Shown piece after piece: positions 38,686-50,757 of a stretch of 64,000 nt of DNA (position 1 is its first letter; each line of letters starts with the position of its first letter). This DNA comes from Lytechinus pictus (Eukaryota), in contig NC_087252.1 of assembly GCF_037042905.1 (NCBI RefSeq), positions 14,200,001-14,264,000 on the forward strand, written 5' to 3'. A program made the position numbers and the translations under genes. The notes beneath the pieces are model-generated. The model did not search any database, was not told where the DNA came from, and saw only the letters and a program-made list of their open reading frames with translations.

Positions 38686-39283
38686 TTTTTATGCCCCCGC
38701 AGACGAAGTCCGGAGGGGGCATTAAGTGTTGCCCCTGTCCGTCCTTCCGTCCGTCCCCCCACTTGGTTTTCGCGCAATAACTCAAAAAATATTTGATGGA
38801 TTTAAAAAAATTTTGTTGTGTAGGTAGATGACACCAAAATAGAGGCAAAGTTCGAATTCAGAGTCTGCAGGTCAAAGGTCACAGCTCATTAAATATGCAA
38901 GTTGGTTTCAGCGCAATAACTCGAAAAGTATTTAATGGATTTTAAACATATTTGGTGTGTAGGTAGATGACACCAAAATACAGGCTAAGTTCGAATTTGG
39001 TGTCCGCAGGTCAAAGGTCACAGCTCATTAAATATGCGAGTTTCCGCGCAATAACTCGAAAAATATTGAATGGATTTTACAATTTTTGGATGTGTAGGTA
39101 GATGACACCAAAATACAGGCTGTGTTCAAATTCAGAGTCCGGAGGTCAAAGGTCACAGCTCATTGGTTCAAAGGTCTTAATTATATTGGTTTCTGCACGA
39201 TTTTAAGTTTAATCATATTGAATGAATTTCTGATCGCGTTAAGAGGGGGCATCTGTGTCCTTTGGACTCGTCAAATTTCTAGT
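38686..39283 (+). mobile_element. Non-autonomous Helentron/DINE-1-like (HINE) element with three ~120-bp internal tandem repeats
   Basis: TTTTT-ATGCCCCC subTIR with nearby inverted GGGGGCAT, a (GTCC)n microsatellite, repeats containing GTGTAGGTAGATGACACCAAAATA and AGGTCAAAGGTCACAGCTCATT, then a 3' GGGGGCAT, a GTCC-TTT-GGAC hairpin and a CTAGT end. Confidence 0.72.
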
Positions 39284-39411
39284 CTTTCTCTCTCTCTCCC
39301 TCTTTTTTTCTCTCTCACCATCTCTTATTTTCCGTTCACTTTTTAACAGTTCTTTTTTTTCCAGTGTAAAACTAGTTGCTCATAACACTATGTTCTTTTA
39401 TTCCCCCGCAG

Positions 39412-39561
39412 TGTTGAGGAAACATGGCAAGCTCATTACATTCCTTCGTTCCTTCATTCTGGAGAGACCTACGAGGAGAAGGTTAAAACAGAGTGGTATC
39501 TTGAAGGAAAGGGTGTTTGGATGCGATCTAGGAGAACATCTGCTCAACACGGGCACTGATG
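39412..39561 (+). CDS. ARHGAP32: ARHGAP32/33-like exon, polybasic region and RhoGAP start (LRKHGKLITFLRSFILERPTRRRLKQSGILKERVFGCDLGEHL)
   Basis: cccccgcag| ... G|gtgagg. GILKERVFGCDLGEHL is diagnostic of the family. Phase 1-1. Confidence 0.95.
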
Positions 39562-40386
39562 GTGAGGCCGAACAAAAGAAATGGGGCATAAGACTTATTA
39601 TGTGACACGTTGATAGATCCTTGTCATTTGATTGGTTGTTTGATATTGATCATTTAGCCCATTCAACAATGACGTCATCTATGGTGCAATTTTAGATCAA
39701 TTCATTGTGCAATTTTGGATCCATAAAGCGCTTGTCCATTGCATGCTCGCCGGGACTATGGCACTACACATGAAAATATCATCTTTGCAGCATCTATAAC
39801 TGCAACATGTATGTACATACGACAATCAAAAGATGGCGCTTCATCAGCTGCATGCTCTTTTGCACCCAAATTCATGACAAGAATCTATTTTAAGTGTCAT
39901 GTGGAGCAAATTATGATTTTTTTTTAAGTGTGTGCGATGGACAGAATACTGCATTTATTGAAAAATTAAATGATCTATTCAAGTTGGTTACACCCCGTTG
40001 AATGGGGCGTTTCATCTTTCACCTCATGAAATATTCTCTCCAATTTCATTACCTTTTTTATGGTTGAAAAAAGAAAAAAAAATAGACAAAATTGAAAATT
40101 AGTGTTTTTTCGCGCATTTATCATATTTAATTTAGTGATTTATTAAATATTTTTTCTAATAAAAAAAAAATATTCTACATGAATTTAATGGCCATAGGAT
40201 CGATATCAATTACCTGTTCGAAGAACCCCACTCTCCCCCGACCCCCCCCCCAAAAAGAAATCAAATGGTCCTTTTAATTTCTCAATTTTCAGGGGTCTAT
40301 ATGATCAAAATTTTGTGGATGAATATATTCTATTCAGCTATCTCTAAAGGTATTGATTCTTTCTCCCCTTCTTTTCCAATACTTAG

Positions 40387-40628
40387 TTCCCTCTGTTGTG
40401 CAAGATTGCTGTCATTTCATTGAGCAGTATGGTATATGTGACGGCATATACCGGTTGTCGGGCGTGGCTTCTAATGTCCAGTACCTTCGGGATCAGTTTG
40501 ACAGCGAGACCACGCCCAATCTTGATGAGTATAAGAAGGATATTCACTGTGTGTCGTCTGTATGTAAGCTGTACTTCAGGGAGTTACCCAATCCTCTACT
40601 AACGTATCAACTCTACCAGAAGTTTGAG
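40387..40628 (+). CDS. ARHGAP32: ARHGAP32/33-like exon, RhoGAP core with arginine finger (DGIYRLSG) and KLYFRELPNPLLT
   Basis: acttag| ... GAG|gtaatt. Canonical RhoGAP motifs. Phase 1 to 0. Confidence 0.96.
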
Positions 40629-41617
40629 GTAATTAGAAAGTAATATTACACATCTTTGAGGGCATTTGTAGTGAATATATCATTAACCATTATACACGTT
40701 TAGATTGTGTGTCATCTGTGTGTGAACGCTCTACTTCAGGGACTTACCCAATCCTCTATTAAAATACCAACTCTACCAGAAGTTTAAGGTAATTAGAATG
40801 TAATAATGCACACCATCAAGGGTATTAGTAATTATATACACATTTGGACTGCATCATTAGTATGTAAGCTATACTTCACAGAGTTACCCAATCTCTTATT
40901 AAGCTACCGACTCTACAAGAAAGTTGACTTAATTGAAAAGTAATATGCCCATCTTAGAGGGCATTAGTAATAAATATACCATTACTGTAAAGCACATTTG
41001 GACTGTGTGTCACCATTGTGTAAGCTCTACTTTAGGGAGTTACCAAATCCTCTGTAAACCTACCAACACCACCAGAAATGTGCGGTAATGAGAAAGTAAT
41101 AATGCACACCATATAGGGCATTAGCAATAAATATACCATTACCATTCATGTTTGGACTGTGTGTCATCCGTTTGTAAGGTCTACTTAAGGGAGTTCCACA
41201 ATCCCCTGATAACCTACCAACTCTTCCAGAAGTTTGAGGAAATTAAAATGTAATAATATACACCAATGAGGGAATTAGCAATAAATATAACATTATACAC
41301 AGTTGGACTGTGTGTAATCATTATGTAAGCTCTACATCAGGGAGTTACTCAATTCTCTATTAAATACCAACTCTACTGTAAGTTTGATTAGGTAATTAGA
41401 TAGTAATAATGCACACGATTGAGGGAATTAGCAATAAATATAACATTATACAAGGTTGGATTGTGTATCATCAATAAGTAAGCTCTACTTCGGGGAGTTA
41501 CCCAATCTGTTACCTTCCAACTCTACCTCAAGTTTGAGGTAATTAGAAAGTAATAGTACACATCTTTGAAGGCATTAGTAATACTATTACCACTACCCTA
41601 ATACGCATTTGGACTGT
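40546..41617 (+). repeat. Seven-copy ~150-bp tandem array derived from the RhoGAP exon 3' end, donor and intron start
   Basis: CTGTGTGTC...GTAAGCT.TACTTCAGGGAGTTACCCAATCCTCT...CAACTCTACCAGAAGTTTGAGGTAATTAGAAAGTAAT repeats with divergence. Confidence 0.93.
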
Positions 41618-41741
41618 TTCAAAGTTACGTTGTTCATGTATTGTTACGATAATTCCCAAGCAAAATGATGGGAATTATTTGTTTGATAAGCTATTGATGT
41701 GGATTCTGGTTATCCTTCGCAAAAGATATTTTGTTCTCAAG

Positions 41742-42052
41742 GGCCCGTATTCTGATAGCACGTTTAACTTAAACTCAGGTTTAAAGTTGTGGTTTAAGTA
41801 TGGATAGCCAATTGTTACATAGATCACTAACAGTAGAGATATCATACTTTAGCTCATTTGGCTCTCAAATCATTCATAATTCTCTAGGAAGTATAAATAG
41901 ATGATTGACTTCACCATCGATGAATCAGAAAAGAACACAGTAAACATAAGAGATATACAACATAATAACTATTTTGATACTTTTGGCTTTCCATACTTAA
42001 ACCACAACTTTAAACCTGAGTTTAAGTTAAACCTGCTATCAGAATACAGGCC
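41742..42052. mobile_element. MITE with ~60-bp TIRs and 3-bp TSD (AAG), Harbinger-like
   Basis: AAG|GGCCCGTATTCTGATAGCA...TTTAAAGTTGTGGTTTAAGTATGG and its inverted copy ending TATCAGAATACAGGCC|AAG. Confidence 0.88.
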
Positions 42053-42147
42053 AAGGGGTTTATAAGAATGCATGGGTAAAAAATACCCCCCCCCACCTAA
42101 AAAAAAAAGCCCCAAACTGAATTGATCTATGCTTTTTGTGTTTGTAG

Positions 42148-42335
42148 GAGGCTGCTATGTCAGGGGAAGAGAATCGACTGATGAAGATGCACGACACGGT
42201 GCAGCAGCTCCCACCGCCACACTACCGAACCCTCCAGTTCCTCATCCGTCATCTCTCCTACATGTCATCCTTCAACGCCGAGACCAGTATGAACATCAAG
42301 AACCTCGCGATTGTATGGGCACCAAACCTGCTCAG
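42148..42335 (+). CDS. ARHGAP32: ARHGAP32/33-like exon, RhoGAP (EAAMSGEENR...LPPPHYRTLQFLIRHL...MNIKNLAIVWAPNLL)
   Basis: tttgtag| ... AG|gtaatg. NLAIVWAPNLLR motif. Phase 0 to 2. Confidence 0.96.
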
Positions 42336-43039
42336 GTAATGCTTGTGATGCTCTGGGGGGGGGGGGGTGTTCATGGAAGTTGTCAGCTCCGACAGTTGCC
42401 ATAGTAACAGTCGGAGGCCAGAGCTTCTCAGCCAATCAAACCAGCGTTTCATTAAAGGATTTGTCGGCCGTTTTTATCCAACAAGTCCCAATTTAACTGA
42501 CAGTTACCATAGTATTAAACAGTGCTTCTCAGCCAATCAAAATAAAAAAAGTTGTCAGATCTGACAACTTGTTACATGAAAATGTTGAAATACTCCCTGG
42601 GATTTCACTGACACTGACAGTGCTGACAATTTAGTTGGTGCTGACGAATTTCATGATAATGCATTTGAGGAGAAACTAGTGTGGATGGATAAAGGATAAT
42701 TGGAAAATTTGTTATGAATTTATTGTTTGAAGGTGATTATGCTCATGATGCAATGATCATAGTTGTAATACTGTAGTTAATGATCAAGAGGAAACGTAAG
42801 AGGATAATGATGATGGAGATAATGAATAATAGTGGTGAATAGCTAGGTGGTAATGATGAGATTAATGATTTGAATGAGGGATATGCTATGACATGGTTTT
42901 CAAGCTTTCTTGCCAAAGATATAATGGCAAGGTACTTCTCTTCTTACTGTGAGATCTCAATCATGCTAACTACCATTCTGCGCCACATCAAGGTTCACTG
43001 CTCAGAAACCATTGAGATTACAAATAACTCACCTGAGTA

Positions 43040-43252
43040 GTTCGGTGACACAACATTTGCTCTGGCGACAATTGCTTCGGGCCTTAATTCGTCAAAGATA
43101 TAGGGTTAGGGTTGCAATAGGGTTTTTATGTCAGGTGTAGGGTTTGGTTTGGGATAGGGTATAGTGTTAAGCCAGGGTTGAAGTTGGTCATTCCATTAGT
43201 GAGTGGAATTTACAGCAGAGCAATTGTCACCAGAGGAAATGTCATGGAACCA
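43040..43252. mobile_element. Small inverted-repeat element with an internal TTAGGG-like tract
   Basis: CATTTGCTCTGGCGACAATTGCT versus AGCAATTGTCACCAGAGGAAATG inverted ends, with TAGGGTTAGGGTT inside. Confidence 0.6.
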
Positions 43253-43650
43253 CTTGTTCGATATCATTGGTTTGGATGGTTCAGCATCTCTCCAAGAAAC
43301 GTGCTCGTGACATTCTTATACTGTTTTTGCCGCAAAGCTGTAGATCAGCCTTCATAGCAACCTTCGCTACTCCTCTGTCGTAACAGACCATAGGGAGACG
43401 AGAAAATGGCTGTCAGCAGTTCAAGAAGCATTTGAAGAACCTTTTATTTTGTTATTTTGAACGTGGACTATTTTATATTGCTCAACTGTTCTGTTTGAAA
43501 TGTTATCACTGTTGAGTAACCAAGATGTATATGTACAGTAGTAGGACAAATTGTGAAGCACTTTGTGAACTGCAAGGAAAAGGCTCTCTACCTAACACTG
43601 GGAAAGGATTGAAGAAGACTATTCTCATTTAATTTCTTTCATACATGTAG

Positions 43651-43778
43651 GTCAAAGGACATCGAGACGGGTTCGTGTGCAGCATTCATGGAAATCAAAG
43701 TTCAAGCCACGGTTGTAGAGTACCTAGTCAAGCACTGTGATCTCATCTTTAATGATAAACTCTTTCCAGATGTCCCAG
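43651..43778 (+). CDS. ARHGAP32: ARHGAP32/33-like exon, RhoGAP end (SKDIETGSCAAFMEIKVQATVVEYLVKHCDLIFNDK)
   Basis: catgtag| ... G|gtaaga. AAFMEI..Q..VVE motif. Phase 2 to 1. Confidence 0.93.
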
Positions 43779-44173
43779 GTAAGAAAAACTGAAGGAAATG
43801 TGGAATTAATTGTACAGCTTTGGAAACAGTTAACCGGTATTAGAACATACTGTAAATGGGCCTTGACAAGTGGTTTATTCAATTTTTCCTAAAATGTATA
43901 TGTGACCAGTCACCCCAAAACCCAAAAGGTTCTCTGTAAATAGCTCAAATTTTAATTCGGTCTTCAAAAGTAAAAACTTAGAAAATCAGCTTATCTGAAA
44001 GAGGAAATCATCTTTTTCATAATGTCAAAATTTAAAGTTGTGAAGTTAATTAAAAGACGCATATTTTTATTTTTATTTATTTGTGCAAACGCTTGGTGGT
44101 CATTTATTAGATTCTGTTCGATCTCAATTTGACATCGTATCCATGACTGTCATTTATCTTCAATCCCCAACAG

Positions 44174-44381
44174 GTATCGGTCAGGAGATGCAACGCCCTA
44201 AATCCCTGGTCCTGTCCACCCCTACGAAGCTCCTCTCCTTGGAAGAGGCCAGGGCGAGGTCGTCGTCTCAAGGGAATGATGGAGGAGATAAGGAGGAGAA
44301 ACCCAAGTTCATTGAGGTCGGTGGAGGGCCGGCAGCTTTACCCAAGCAGTACCATACAGTCATAGATCTACCTCCAGAAAG
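44174..44381 (+). CDS. ARHGAP32: ARHGAP32/33-like exon (RPKSLVLSTPTKLLSLEEARAR...FIEVGGGPAALPKQYHTVIDLP)
   Basis: cccaacag| ... AG|gtaaag. KLLSLEEA and YHTVIDLP post-GAP family motifs. Phase 1 to 2. Confidence 0.93.
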
Positions 44382-44708
44382 GTAAAGAGAATGATTTACG
44401 TTGTGTATTTGGTCCAGGGGTTAATCAAAACCCTTAAAGTCTGTCTCGTTTTGGTAAATTCCCCCAAAGGCATCTGTCACTATTCCAATGCTGTTGTAGA
44501 TTACATGATTGAATATGCCCTAAAGCTACAATGGTATTGATGTATTTGGATTGATGACGATGATGATGATCCTATCTTTTAACTTCCAGGGCCATGGGGT
44601 AATAATGCTTCTGAAAAGTGGCAAAAAGATGCTATGATAAATGTATCAAGCACCGTACATAAGTACTATTATCGTTATTACTTTACAAGTGTTCTGATTT
44701 CTCCCTAG

Positions 44709-44941
44709 CCGCAAGAGATTCTCTGCTTCCAAGGCCAAGAAGTCACCAGGATGGAAGGCTTTCTTCTCAAGATCGACAGGAAAGGAGGTCAAACGGAAGA
44801 TGTCCCACGACGTCCCCGGCTCGTTGCGGGTACCTGCAGCCAAACACTTTGGTTCCAGGGCCCATCGGACTAGCCTTCGATCCGTCAAGAGTGCAGAATC
44901 GCTCTCCTCAGCCGAGTCGGCTACAGAGCTCCAACACCAAG
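44709..44941 (+). CDS. ARHGAP32: ARHGAP32/33-like exon (RKRFSASKAKKSPGWKAFFSR...LRSVKSAESLSS); donor is either GC at 44942 or GT at 44963
   Basis: ctccctag| acceptor. WKxFF and LRSxKSxESL family motifs. Both candidate donors are phase 1. Confidence 0.88.
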
Positions 44942-45441
44942 GCAAGTTTAGCAATATCCATGGTGAACTGTTCGTTGTTAACAATATCCTAAATATGATG
45001 CCAGATTTCAGCACTTCATTCCCTAAGCATTATGCTTAGTACATAATTGCATTAAAAAATAGGATTTTAGTTTTATCTGCATGTGAAAATTAGCCCAAAA
45101 TTTGAAATTAGAGAATGGCAGAAATTACAAAAGAAGCAATTTCATTTGATTAGCACTTTGAATTTGGGACATTGATTATCAGTTGATTTATTGTATTTTC
45201 TGTAAGGTAATATTATGCTAATCCTATCATGAAAGTTTATCTGTGTTGAAATAACAATAAGTGGAGCTTTTGATCTCAACACAAGAAAAAAAGCTCGCTG
45301 AGGAAGGTTGTTGTCATTAAATTTTTTTTCGAGAATACAGATTTTTTGTGTTGAGACCAAAGCTTAACTTCTTTTTTTTTTGCAAATCTAGTTTCAACAT
45401 TTTTGCAAATTTTTCTACCATTTTCTTTTCTCTATATACAG

Positions 45442-47381
45442 ATACTGTCCGATTCAAAGGTCATGTACGTCGCAGTTCAGTTGCTTGCATGGAGAATACC
45501 CTCAGAAGATCGTCCTCAGATTCTTTCTTTGAGGTCGATGAGGACATCGTTGCTGCTGCAACCAGAGAGATGCTGGCCAAAAAGAGAGGTGAAGACACCT
45601 ACTCCCCAGATGAGATCTTTATTGAGGAAGAGAGTGGGGCGACATGTCAGCTGGGACGCCGGCATGGCAGCGGCACGAACAGCCCCTTGTGGATCGACCA
45701 GAGCCTGAGCAGCATGGAATCGGATCAGGCATCGGTGAGGTCACCCTACGGACACCAGGCATCATTGCAGATTGGTAGGAATTTGAGCGCAGAGAACAAT
45801 TGGAGCATGCATGGTGGCGATGTCCACATGGCATGCGATGCAAACGTGCATCCTTATGAAGAAGAATCCCCTCCGCCCTCTCCGACTGAGGTCTCCTCGC
45901 CAGAGAGGTATCAGTGCACTATCGCCGATCCTGTTGCTGTTCCGCAGCGGCATCCGCTGAAGACATCTATCGCCATGCCAGTGGCTGCAGCGTTCACTCC
46001 AGAGTATCGCGATGTTGAGATGACCGAGAGTGGGTGCACTTCCTCGTCGCCGGACCACTCAGGGTCCGTCCTTGATAAGATATCAAGAGCAATGTCAATC
46101 AAGAACAAACCTAAGTTAAAACGTGAGTCAAGCACAGAGGCGGATGATTACTCAAGCTTAGGCAGGAGTCCTGAAACAGGGGTTGATGATGTTATGGATC
46201 GTCCCATAATGGTGACAGTACGTACCCAGACCTCGCCGCACGATACGCTGGACGATATGGACACTGAGGAAGAGGTTCGGAAGTACGATGTCAACTTACA
46301 GACAAGTGGTAATGATGGAGCTGTATTCATGCGTACTCCTGCACAGCGGAGATCAATGAACCTTGACCTATTTAGTGGACTCGACGAAGCCTTGCTTGGC
46401 ACGACAGCACCCCGACCGAAATCAATGCACGTCTCATCGCACCTTGGTCGAGGGTCGGAAAGCTATGATGATGATTTTGCAGCGTTCACGACACGTTTGA
46501 GCCTTGACAATGTCCTCTCAGAGTACGATCACATCCTGGCAAAATACAACAATCGGCCATTAACACCGGATTTTGATCGTACCGAAGATATGTGTAAATA
46601 CGATGGCATGTACCCAGGACAGCGCATATCGAGTCCACGTCACGGTATCACGCCCGTCACTGCCCTCAACAGTAACTGTAATAATACGCGTCAGAGGAGG
46701 TTACAGCATAGGTATAGCATGGGGGATGAAATGCGTCCGGAACACTTCAATAACCGCTACTCCTCTGTCATAACAGACAACGGGGAGACAAGAAAACGGC
46801 TATCGGCGGGTGCGGTCTTGGACCATCACAACCCCGGGCAGGAGAACGACGAAGAAGTCGTGGTTGTGAGATTACGACGCCCCAGACTGGCATCTGGGGA
46901 GAAGAAATTCTACGCCTCGCCGGAACGATTCTCGATCAACTCCCCAGAATTCCAAGCCTCTTTCGCGGACCGCCAAAATGGCAACACCCCTCCCGAATCG
47001 ACCAGTGACATAAGAACTATACACACCGACGAGGGTCAACGGCCCTTATCGTCTGTCGACGCTGTGTATCACGTGACCCTACCGTCACGGCCAAACAGCC
47101 AACGTAGGAGCATTACGAAAAGTTTCTCTTTAGATTTTCAGTCCTCCGTATCTGATGCTAAGATGAGGTTAGGGGAAGATGTGGTGAATGACGATACAGA
47201 TAACGACCGATCAGCGATGACTGTTGATGATAATGCACAGTTAGACAATCAGGATATTGAAAGTCACCAGGGAGAAGATCCCAGCAGCATTGCCTTTCAG
47301 TCGTCTCCCCAAGGTGCCTCTCGTGAATCACCGGTAATAGATCGCTATCCGATCATTATCAGTGATGAATTAGAACTTTGA
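45442..47381 (+). CDS. ARHGAP32: ARHGAP32/33-like terminal coding exon; ~645-aa Ser/Asp/Pro-rich, probably disordered tail ending ...ISDELEL*
   Basis: ttctctatatacag| acceptor in phase 1. Long open frame (ORF 45348..47381), GC-richer than the introns. Confidence 0.9.
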
Positions 47382-48860
47382 TGCTTTTAGAAAATATTCT
47401 AAACCTTCTATGCTAATTCATGGTGCTTTATTTTGACTTTTAATCCGTTTTGTCCCACCCCAAAGGTATACTTAAAGACCGTTCACCTAACAGTAGTTTG
47501 CCAGTTCGCAAAAAAAAAAAACACATAAACATGCTGGAAAAGTGGAGTCTTGAAAACATCTGTACCCTTACAGATGTGAAAAACGGCACATCATTTTGCT
47601 ACATGTGTTTGCACCCTGAAGTGGTGCAGTTTTCACAGAACTTGTTATGAACTACCAGTCGTGTCCAATACCAATACTGATCCCTTTGACGGTATTGTAT
47701 TATGAGAGTCAAAATGTGTCAGTCGATAACAAGTTTTGTGATATCGCACTTTGTATTCTCTGCCCACTCATAAAACATTACTTTTACATAATCAAGAAGA
47801 TTATTGGTCTATTTAAACAGCATTACTAATTGTGCTTAATCCAGAATTTACTTTTTTTCGTGCAAGATTTAATTTTTCTACTTTTCATGTAATTAAGTTG
47901 TCTGTTGCCAGACCTCAGTTTTACATGTAAGTAGGATTGGGGCTGATATTATTTGTTTCTTGCCCTGAAATTTGTAAATAGAAATTTAAGAGGTTATTCT
48001 TATCCCCTTGGATTCCGTGCCATGTTTTATTTTTTTATTGTTGAAAAATAATTCAGGAATCATTTTTAACTATCTTTGCCACTGTATATTTTTTGCCTTG
48101 TAGGTTGATAATAATATTTAAAAGCCAAGCAGACCTTGCCTTGTATGCGTAGTATGTATCATGCTTAAGATTTTAATGTGTGTATAAGAATGATGGGGCA
48201 ATAGAAAACGTACAGTAAGAGTAGTAGAATTTTGCCAACAGCCATTATGTTACTTTATTAATGATTTTTTCCCAAATTGAAAAGGAAAAAGCAAAGGGAG
48301 GTAGGATAAGGATATTGATAAAAGTTATGGTGTTAATGGTAATAATCATATTGATCATGAAAATGATAGATAACGGGAATAATCATGATACAGTGATAAA
48401 TGAATCATCTTTGCTTGTTCAGAGTGACGCAGCAAACCAATAAACTCAAACAAACATGCAAGCCCCACACCCTGGTAAGGACGTTCTTTGGCTCGTTGCA
48501 CAAAGCTTAGCAATCATCATAGAAGAATATCTTTACGATTGATTGCATTGACTACAATGTACAATCGTTGTGAAAATCAAGTGTACGATCAATCGCTAAC
48601 ATTTTTGTGTTACGTGATCCTGGCGTCACTTCCTTTGCCCAATTAAAACGTTCTCATTCTGTTGTGTCTGACAGTGTTTGTCATACCAATCGCATGATGA
48701 CGGTAATATAAAAAATCTGATTTTTTTTTATGAATCTTCTCTGACACTTTTGATTTTGGCCCCCAAAAAATGTGCATCCATGAAGCAGCTGTTTAAATTA
48801 TCTTGCACCACCTCTTACTGATCACGGGTCATTTTGTAGTCCTGAAATAAACACAAATTT

Positions 48861-49150
48861 GGGGTGCGTTTACGCTTGCTTCGATTGCGTAGACAGAATC
48901 AGCGTTTTCAAACGCTGTTTACAAACAGAACGCTGATCGCAAATGTGGTTCTGGGAGTGCTATTTATGCTTAATTTTCAGAGGCAAATTTTCGCTCTGCA
49001 TCTGGAATCGCATCGTAATTTTTGTCGAGCAGCGCCATTTTTAAAAACTTTTTTTTTCCAAGTGTTATGGGCGACTATTATATATATTTTGGACTAATCA
49101 CGTATGAAAATGCTGATTTTGGCTTGAAAAGTGGAAGCATAAATACGCCC
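48861..49150. mobile_element. MITE (GGGTGCGTTTACGCTT ... AAGCATAAATACGCCC)
   Basis: Imperfect terminal inverted repeats and a CpG-rich interior. Confidence 0.55.
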
Positions 49151-49680
49151 TGAGATGGCTTGAATGCTTCTTGGAATTTAGTCGTTCAATCCTTTTACTT
49201 CATGCAAAAATCAGCCATTATTTAACCTTGCTCCATATTAGAAAGCTTATTCTTGCTTTATTGTATTTTTCTTTTGAATTTCACCATGAATCCTACCATA
49301 AATGTTCATGTGCGTTTTTGCATTTAGCTTGCCAGGAAACTTGGATTGTTGTCATGGTTTTAAACGCAATATGTCCCACCTAGTATATATATTTTTTTTA
49401 TTTATCCATCATTGTTCATGCAATTCTTATTGCCAAGGCATTATTGTATCCTATTTATTCATACATTAGTGGATCATTGTTTACATGGCATTTAAAAAAA
49501 AGGGTATTACTGGAATAACTGAAGCGGTATTTATTCATAAGATGCATTTTGTTGGATATCAATATGGGGTTATTAGTGATGTTATCACTCCCATGACTAG
49601 GCACTGGCGTGAATTCAGGCAGCAAAACTATTTATCGGGGGGGGGGGATAAATTATTGTCTCATCATCACCCCAGTTAAA

Positions 49681-50113
49681 TAAGCCTGTTCACGGTTGTA
49701 AACTGCGCACGAGCAGAAAAAGGTCATTGGAGACAACCATGAAGGTGGCTTTCAAATTCACGGACATAGGCATTTGTGATTTGATGATTATTCATGTATT
49801 CTTTTCAAAATATTTATCACATCCAAGCTGAAGCGTAATAAATAGAGCCTTCATAATCACTGGTATTTGACAGTAGCCTAAACAATAGTCAAATGTGCCA
49901 AAGGCAGACAATAAAACAGATTTCCAAACTTTATCCCTGATGTACTATTCTAGTCACCTGGTCTATACAATGCCTTTTGTTCTTAGAATTTGAATACTCT
50001 ACCGGTAAAGCTTACGCAACATCTACATTTGAAAATGATAGTGCTTATCCTAATGAAAAATCACAAAGGTCATTTGAGAAAAGTTGATCATGAGCTAACC
50101 GTGAACTGGCTTA
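49681..50113. mobile_element. MITE with 17-bp TIR
   Basis: TAAGCCTGTTCACGGTT ... AACCGTGAACTGGCTTA. Confidence 0.65.
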
Positions 50114-50757
50114 TAGCACGAGGTCATGTCTTTTCACCTGTGTGAATAGGGGATGATTTGGCAATTCTTGTTCCTGCATATTACCAAGGTATTCAAAAAG
50201 TGGATACAAATAATAGAATCAACGGTATTTATTAATATCACGGTCTACAAATACGATTGCTGGAGATTGCATCATACATGTAATACAGAGCAGTAGTGTA
50301 TAGTAATCATGCTATAATATTTTTGACATTAATGATAATGATGTCAATAGCTGGATTTATGTAGCGCCTTTTCTAGAGGATACAAAGCGCAATTATTATT
50401 ACCTGGCTTAGGCTCGAGCTCCCGCTTTTTCAGCAGCGCTCAGTGCATTCAAGGAATTATTAAATCCTATCAGGTATCCATTCACTTGACATGTGTTATT
50501 GTGATAGGATTCCCACTATTTCGCTTTTCAAATGTTTACTTGTAATAATGATAAAGATACAACTGAAACATTTTCAGTGGTAGGTTTTGGCATCTAAAAA
50601 TCAAGCCCATGATTCTAACTTCAGGCTAGAGTATGTTAATTTTTATCAATGTAAGAGGTACAAATGGAAGTTAACACTTTCAGTGGTAAGTTTTGACATT
50701 AAATCATCAAGCTTTTGGTAAATGTTGGGAGCTCATAAGACTGAAAGTTACGCATTA

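Noticed and set aside
40546..41617. CRISPR-like repeat-spacer array
   Set aside because: The whole unit is homologous between copies, there are no unique spacers or cas genes, and the context is a eukaryotic intron.
44646..46402. Antisense ORFs overlapping ARHGAP exons
   Set aside because: These are expected shadow ORFs of GC-richer coding sequence.
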